Shown here: positions 58,301-64,000 of the stretch, one piece after another
Layout of the letters: every line of letters begins with the position of its first letter
Numbering within the stretch: the first letter of the stretch is position 1
Assembly: GCA_951406725.2 (NCBI GenBank)
Contig: OX597835.1
Location: 39,618,001-39,682,000 of the forward strand
Reading direction: 5' to 3'
Source: Octopus vulgaris
Lineage: Eukaryota
Length of the DNA: 64,000 nucleotides
Made by a program: the position numbers and the translations under genes
The notes under the pieces: generated by a model
The model's input: the letters and a program-made list of their open reading frames with translations, nothing else
What the model was told of the DNA's origin: nothing
Database searches by the model: none

Positions 58301-58737
58301 CTTAGGGGCTCATACAATATTTTATTCTTTCCTTATTTTTTTCATTTGTTTCATTTTGACTGCGGCCATGCTGGAGCAACGCTTTTAGTCGAACAAATCG
58401 ACCCGAGGACTTATTCTTTGTAAGCCTTGCACTCATTTTATCGGACTCTTAATGTCGAACCGCTAAGTTACGGGTATGTAACGGGGATGTAAACACATCA
58501 ACATCGGTTATCAAGTGATGGTGGGGACCGATGCAATTTGACCCCAGTGACGTCAAAACTCATTTCTACAGCTGAGTGAACCGGTTCAACGTGAAATAAA
58601 GTGTCTTGCTCAAGAATACAACACACAGCCCGGTATAGGAATCGAACTGCGAGCCCGATGCTCTAACCACATAGCCTTATGTATATGCATATATGTAGAT
58701 ATATATGTGTGTGTATTTATGCTTGTATATGTATGTA

Positions 58738-58792
<55 letters not shown>

Positions 58793-58845
58793 ATATATAT
58801 GTACATATATATATATATATCAATTTATATATGTATATATATATG

Positions 58846-58876
<31 letters not shown>

Positions 58877-58932
58877 ATGTATATATATATATACATCTAT
58901 GTGTATAGATATATATGTATGACGCAATGTAA

Positions 58933-58988
<56 letters not shown>

Positions 58989-59137
58989 TATATATATGTA
59001 TGTATGTGTGTATATATGTATATATACGTTCTGGCGTTTGGTAAATTCTCTTGAGAACATTCCTTTCTTAGTGGTAAGAACCATAGCGGATCTTCTAGCA
59101 TAATGGATGTCCACTTACAAGCCATCCCTCTTATATG

Positions 59138-59211
<74 letters not shown>

Positions 59212-59907
59212 TGTGTGTGGGTGTGGACTTAAAGTTTACACTGGGATAGATTCGACTCACGCCGCTAAATGATTCTTTTCGAGTAGCTACTTTTGGCATC
59301 ACCGCAGCCGAGTGACGAAAACAAGTATAACGACGAGAGGAATATCAGAATAACAGAATAAACGAATACGTTTCCGAACACAGTGTAAAAAGACTAAATT
59401 TTCATTTCGGTCTAACATCAGTTAATCTTCCAATTTCAATTTGTAGATTTCCCCAAGACACTTTAACTCTTACATAAAACACTGTAACTAATGTAGTTTT
59501 ACACAGTTTTGCTAAGATTACATAACGCTGTATTTATGTCGAACATAATTTCACAGTAATATAGAATATTCGGTAAAATGTATGCAGACAAATCTGTGGA
59601 GGATTGATGTTGGGGTAATGTTTACGAGATCAGGGGGCGGGTAGTTGAGTCGACTCGAGACAGTTGACAGCTTTTACTTGTAGGGATTTATAGAAAATGT
59701 TATATATATATATATATATAGTGTAATAAATAAAATATATGTATACATACAAACATATATGTACGTACCGATATCTACATGTATATATACATGCATATAT
59801 AAATATATATACGTCCAGGACGCCACAAAAAGACGTAAAACTCAACAGAAACGAAAACGTTTCGAATTTTCGCTTCGTTCCGTCTTCTTATCCTCCCAGT
59901 ATTGTTT

Positions 59908-60051
<144 letters not shown>

Positions 60052-60054
60052 TAC

Positions 60055-60120
<66 letters not shown>

Positions 60121-60362
60121 ATATGTATGTATGTATATTTAAACTTACATATAATTGAGACGGAAAATGGATATATGCGAGAAACTTTATTTGCTCACAA
60201 CGATCGTTTCGACACATCTTGCATCGATCCACGCAGGTGGGATACTGTGCAACATTTAAATATTTTATATACATATACATACACACACACACACACATAT
60301 ATGCACACATACACGCAGGCATGATACACACACATAATGAATTTATATATATATATATATAT

Positions 60363-60549
<187 letters not shown>

Positions 60550-60852
60550 CACACACAAAACGAAGCCTCCTTAGTGCGAAGCAGTGTTCTTCGGTACGAG
60601 CAGAATTTAGGGTGGTTGAAATATGTTTGTTACATACTTCGACTGCTAAAAGGCAAATACACTGCAATTACCGTGGAGAAAAATATCTCTTATGGTAAAA
60701 AGGTGAGAAAAGACTGGCTCGTTCAGTGTTGCTCTATGTTAGGAATCTCAGACCAAGGATGTTTCAAGGATGTTTCGAGATTTTTAACTCTTGTCAATGG
60801 GATGCACCCAAGAGAGGTTATAATAATAATAATGATGATGATGATGATGATG

Positions 60853-60915
<63 letters not shown>

Positions 60916-60931
60916 CAAATTTGTGTGTATG

Positions 60932-60982
<51 letters not shown>

Positions 60983-61791
60983 ACCTACCAACCTACAAAC
61001 CTACCTACCTACCTACCTACCTACCTACCTATCTATCTATCTATCTTTCTGCCTATCTACCTATCTATGTATATAGCTATGTGTCTTTTATTTATCATTT
61101 CATCAGAGAAAATGGCTGCTGTATACGGCGACGGATTCAGAGAAAGACTACGTGTTAAAAGGAAAGGCTGGTAATATTTCGTTACATATATTTATTTACA
61201 TAACACACACACACACACACACACTGATATACGTCTATACTAATTCATGCACGATAAGTTACGATTACCAACACTCTCTTTCTGGCGCAGGCGCACAAAC
61301 ACTCACACACACACACACAAACACAGAAGCACCCAATCTACATGCATATATGAAGATAACTGCTATTGTCCATTCCAAAACTGAGCATCGAATTCACATT
61401 AAATGGCTCTGCTGTAATATAAACGGCTTTATTTCAAACATATCAGCCTCTAGCTTACCATATTTCATATATTCCTGTTAAAACACGGATCACACCTCGT
61501 TTCATGGTCTTGTTGTAACACCTTGGACCAGCATTAAGCGTTTAGTATATAAAATACAGATTAGCTAACGTAATAATACTCGGCCAGTTAATTGTGATTG
61601 CTTGGTTTCCTCCCTGGTGTCGGTAATAAAAATAGCATGGAAAGTGGTTTCGCTTTTCAGATAACTGGTATTCGTTTCAGAATTACAGTAACAAATGATT
61701 ATTAATAATTTTGTCATGTTCAAGATAGTTACCTTGCTAGATTGACGGATACAATATATGTATACATACATACATACATACATACATACAA

Positions 61792-61831
<40 letters not shown>

Positions 61832-61881
61832 GTATGTATGCATATATTATATACATACATACATGCATACATACATTCGTA

Positions 61882-62069
61882 TGCGCAGGAGTGGCTGTCT
61901 GGTAATTAGATTGAGTACCAGCCACATGGTTCCGGGTTCAATCCCACTGCGTGGCATCTTGGGCAAGTGTCTTCTGCTACAGCCTCGGGCCGACCAAAGC
62001 CTTGTGAATGGATTTGGTAGACGGAAACTGAAAGAAGCCCGTCATATATATGTATATATATACGACGTA

Positions 62070-62112
<43 letters not shown>

Positions 62113-62420
62113 CATAAGGGACTAAAGCCATCTGAATATGGCTAGGGACAGGGCAGGGTGGTGTCCCTTATGTTATCGAGCAGTTACTGTCTATATCCCT
62201 TTTAGAGAATTATTATTGCTATATATATATATATATATATATAAATATACATATATAAATATGTGTGTGTGTTTGTCTCCCCAACATCGCTTGGCAACCT
62301 ATGCTGGTGTGTTTACGTCCCCGTAACTCAGCAGTTCGGCAACAGAGACCGATAGATTAAGTACTAGCGTTACAAAGAATAAGAAATGGGGTCGATTTGC
62401 TCGACTAAAGGCGGTGCTTT
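61882..62420 (+). mobile_element. SINE family A interrupted in its internal (TA)n tract
   Basis: Head 61882-62045, body/tail 62260-62420. Confidence 0.75.
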
Positions 62421-62630
62421 GAGAACCAGACAAAAATTGCTGCAGCTCATTCTTGCCATGAAACCACCTCAGTTCTGGGAAGAGGGTATTTTCAAGTTAA
62501 AGGGAAGATAGAGACGCATTGTGCAACAAAATGGTTCATATTTGGTTGATTAAAAAAATGCAATGGCAAGTATTTATTGACCTTCTTCTTTCCTTTAAAA
62601 ATCGGCACGAACTTTCCGGACAACCCAATA
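62419..62630 (+). mobile_element. Mariner transposon 3' remnant
   Basis: KPPQFWEEGIFKLKGR*RRIVQQNGSYLVD* (mariner transposase C-terminus), then TIR-like gaactttccggacaacccaa-TA. Confidence 0.75.
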
Positions 62631-63247
62631 TATACAAGTAATTCTCAACTGGAGCCCATATCAGACTTTCGATGGTCCATGCATGCAGAATAGTAAACTG
62701 GGCATCTTACAGGTCTAATGAAATAAATTTTGCTTTCGATGTACTTATCGCAAGAAACTGCCAGGCTTCTCCCGCTAACCTTTTACATACTTCAACCTAT
62801 ACAATTATTGTATGAAAAACAAAATGGGAATTTTGAAAGGAGTATCTATAAAACTAAATTTTAGACCAGGAAAAGCTCCGAGGAGTTCACCAGAATAAGA
62901 TACTAATCAAAGGAGACCCATAAGGGGGGAAAATGCTTGAGAAAAACTGATGTATACGGAAGTACAGGATCCATTGTTTAAAGGTGTATATGTGTGTGTG
63001 TGGAGAACGAGACAGACAGACAGAGACAAAGAGATACAGAGATAGAGAGAAGGAGAGAAAGCGAGTTGTTGAGTTGGATAATAAATATTTTTATTTATTA
63101 TTATTTTTTTTTATTTTTGGCTATATAGGTCTGCTTAATCCATATTAAATCTCAAAAATCATCAGGTATACCAAACTCGGGTCAGTAAACCTTGTATATA
63201 AGAGGATCACTGGAACAACAACTTCTGAACCAAAGAAAATCGAGTTC

Positions 63248-63618
63248 TTTTACTCTTTTACTTGTTTCAGTCATTTGACTGTGGGCATGCTGGAGCACCG
63301 CCTTTAGTCGAGCAAATCGACTCCGGGACTTATTCTTTGTAAGCCTAGTACTTATTCTATCCGTCGCTGTTGCCGGACCGCTAGGTTACGGCGACGTAAA
63401 CACACCGGCATCGGTAGTCAAATGATGTTGGGGGACAAACACAGACACACAAACACACACACTTCTTTCAGTTTCCGTCTACCAAATCCACTCAGAATGC
63501 TTTGGTCTGCCCGAGGCTATAGTAGAAGACACTTGCCCAAGGTGCCATGCAGTGGGACTGAACCCAGAACCATGTGGTTGGTAAACAAGCTACTTACCAC
63601 ACAGCCACTCTTACGCCT
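63248..63618 (-). mobile_element. SINE family A
   Basis: Reverse complement of family A. Confidence 0.85.
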
Positions 63619-64000
63619 AGTTGTATATTATTTTAACAAGAAACATTATTTAAATTGACGACACACATCACGCAGATATAAGTAACGATGACAGTATATA
63701 TGCATACACAGTAGGGACATACAAAAAAAAACTGCAACAATTAAAACAAATACAGCTATAGAAATTCATACGAGAAAAATTTAAAAACAAAAAGATTTAT
63801 ACCGTAGTTCAAGTTTTTACGGTATGGTCGTATCAATACACTCTCTTTAAGATAGCGTGTTAGCACTAGCACACATTTAAAATACATCATCCGGGTCTAC
63901 AATTGAAACTGCTAATTAATGAAGTCTCCACATGTTAAGCAAACACGAACACCCACACAACAAAAAGATGCACACACACACACATACATATGTATGTATG

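Overview
Repeat-saturated animal genomic DNA with very high microsatellite content: (TA)n, (TACA)n, (GATA)n and triplet tracts. The SINE/LINE repertoire and repeat style suggest an octopus/coleoid cephalopod (inference). Only one host coding exon is supportable: the terminal homeobox exon of an Msx (msh/Drop) gene on the minus strand (52687-53114). Its first exon was not found and probably lies beyond the window end. About 1.8 kb into the Msx intron is a decayed partial duplicate of that exon, bracketed by inverted SINEs. The rest consists of several tRNA-derived SINE families, CR1, RTE and Dong/R4-like LINE fragments, Penelope-like (PLE) RT and GIY-YIG fragments, two intact MITEs and mariner remnants. 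The most unusual signal is a set of short non-coding elements carrying minimal type I hammerhead ribozyme (HHR) motifs with PLE-type inverted junctions. These include a ~355-bp retrozyme-like monomer with a preserved head-to-tail junction (1414-1927) and a TSD-flanked tRNA-head + hammerhead-tail SINE (27589-28367). Almost all ORFs in the supplied track are microsatellite artefacts. Repeat boundaries are read by eye and are approximate unless a TSD/TIR is quoted.
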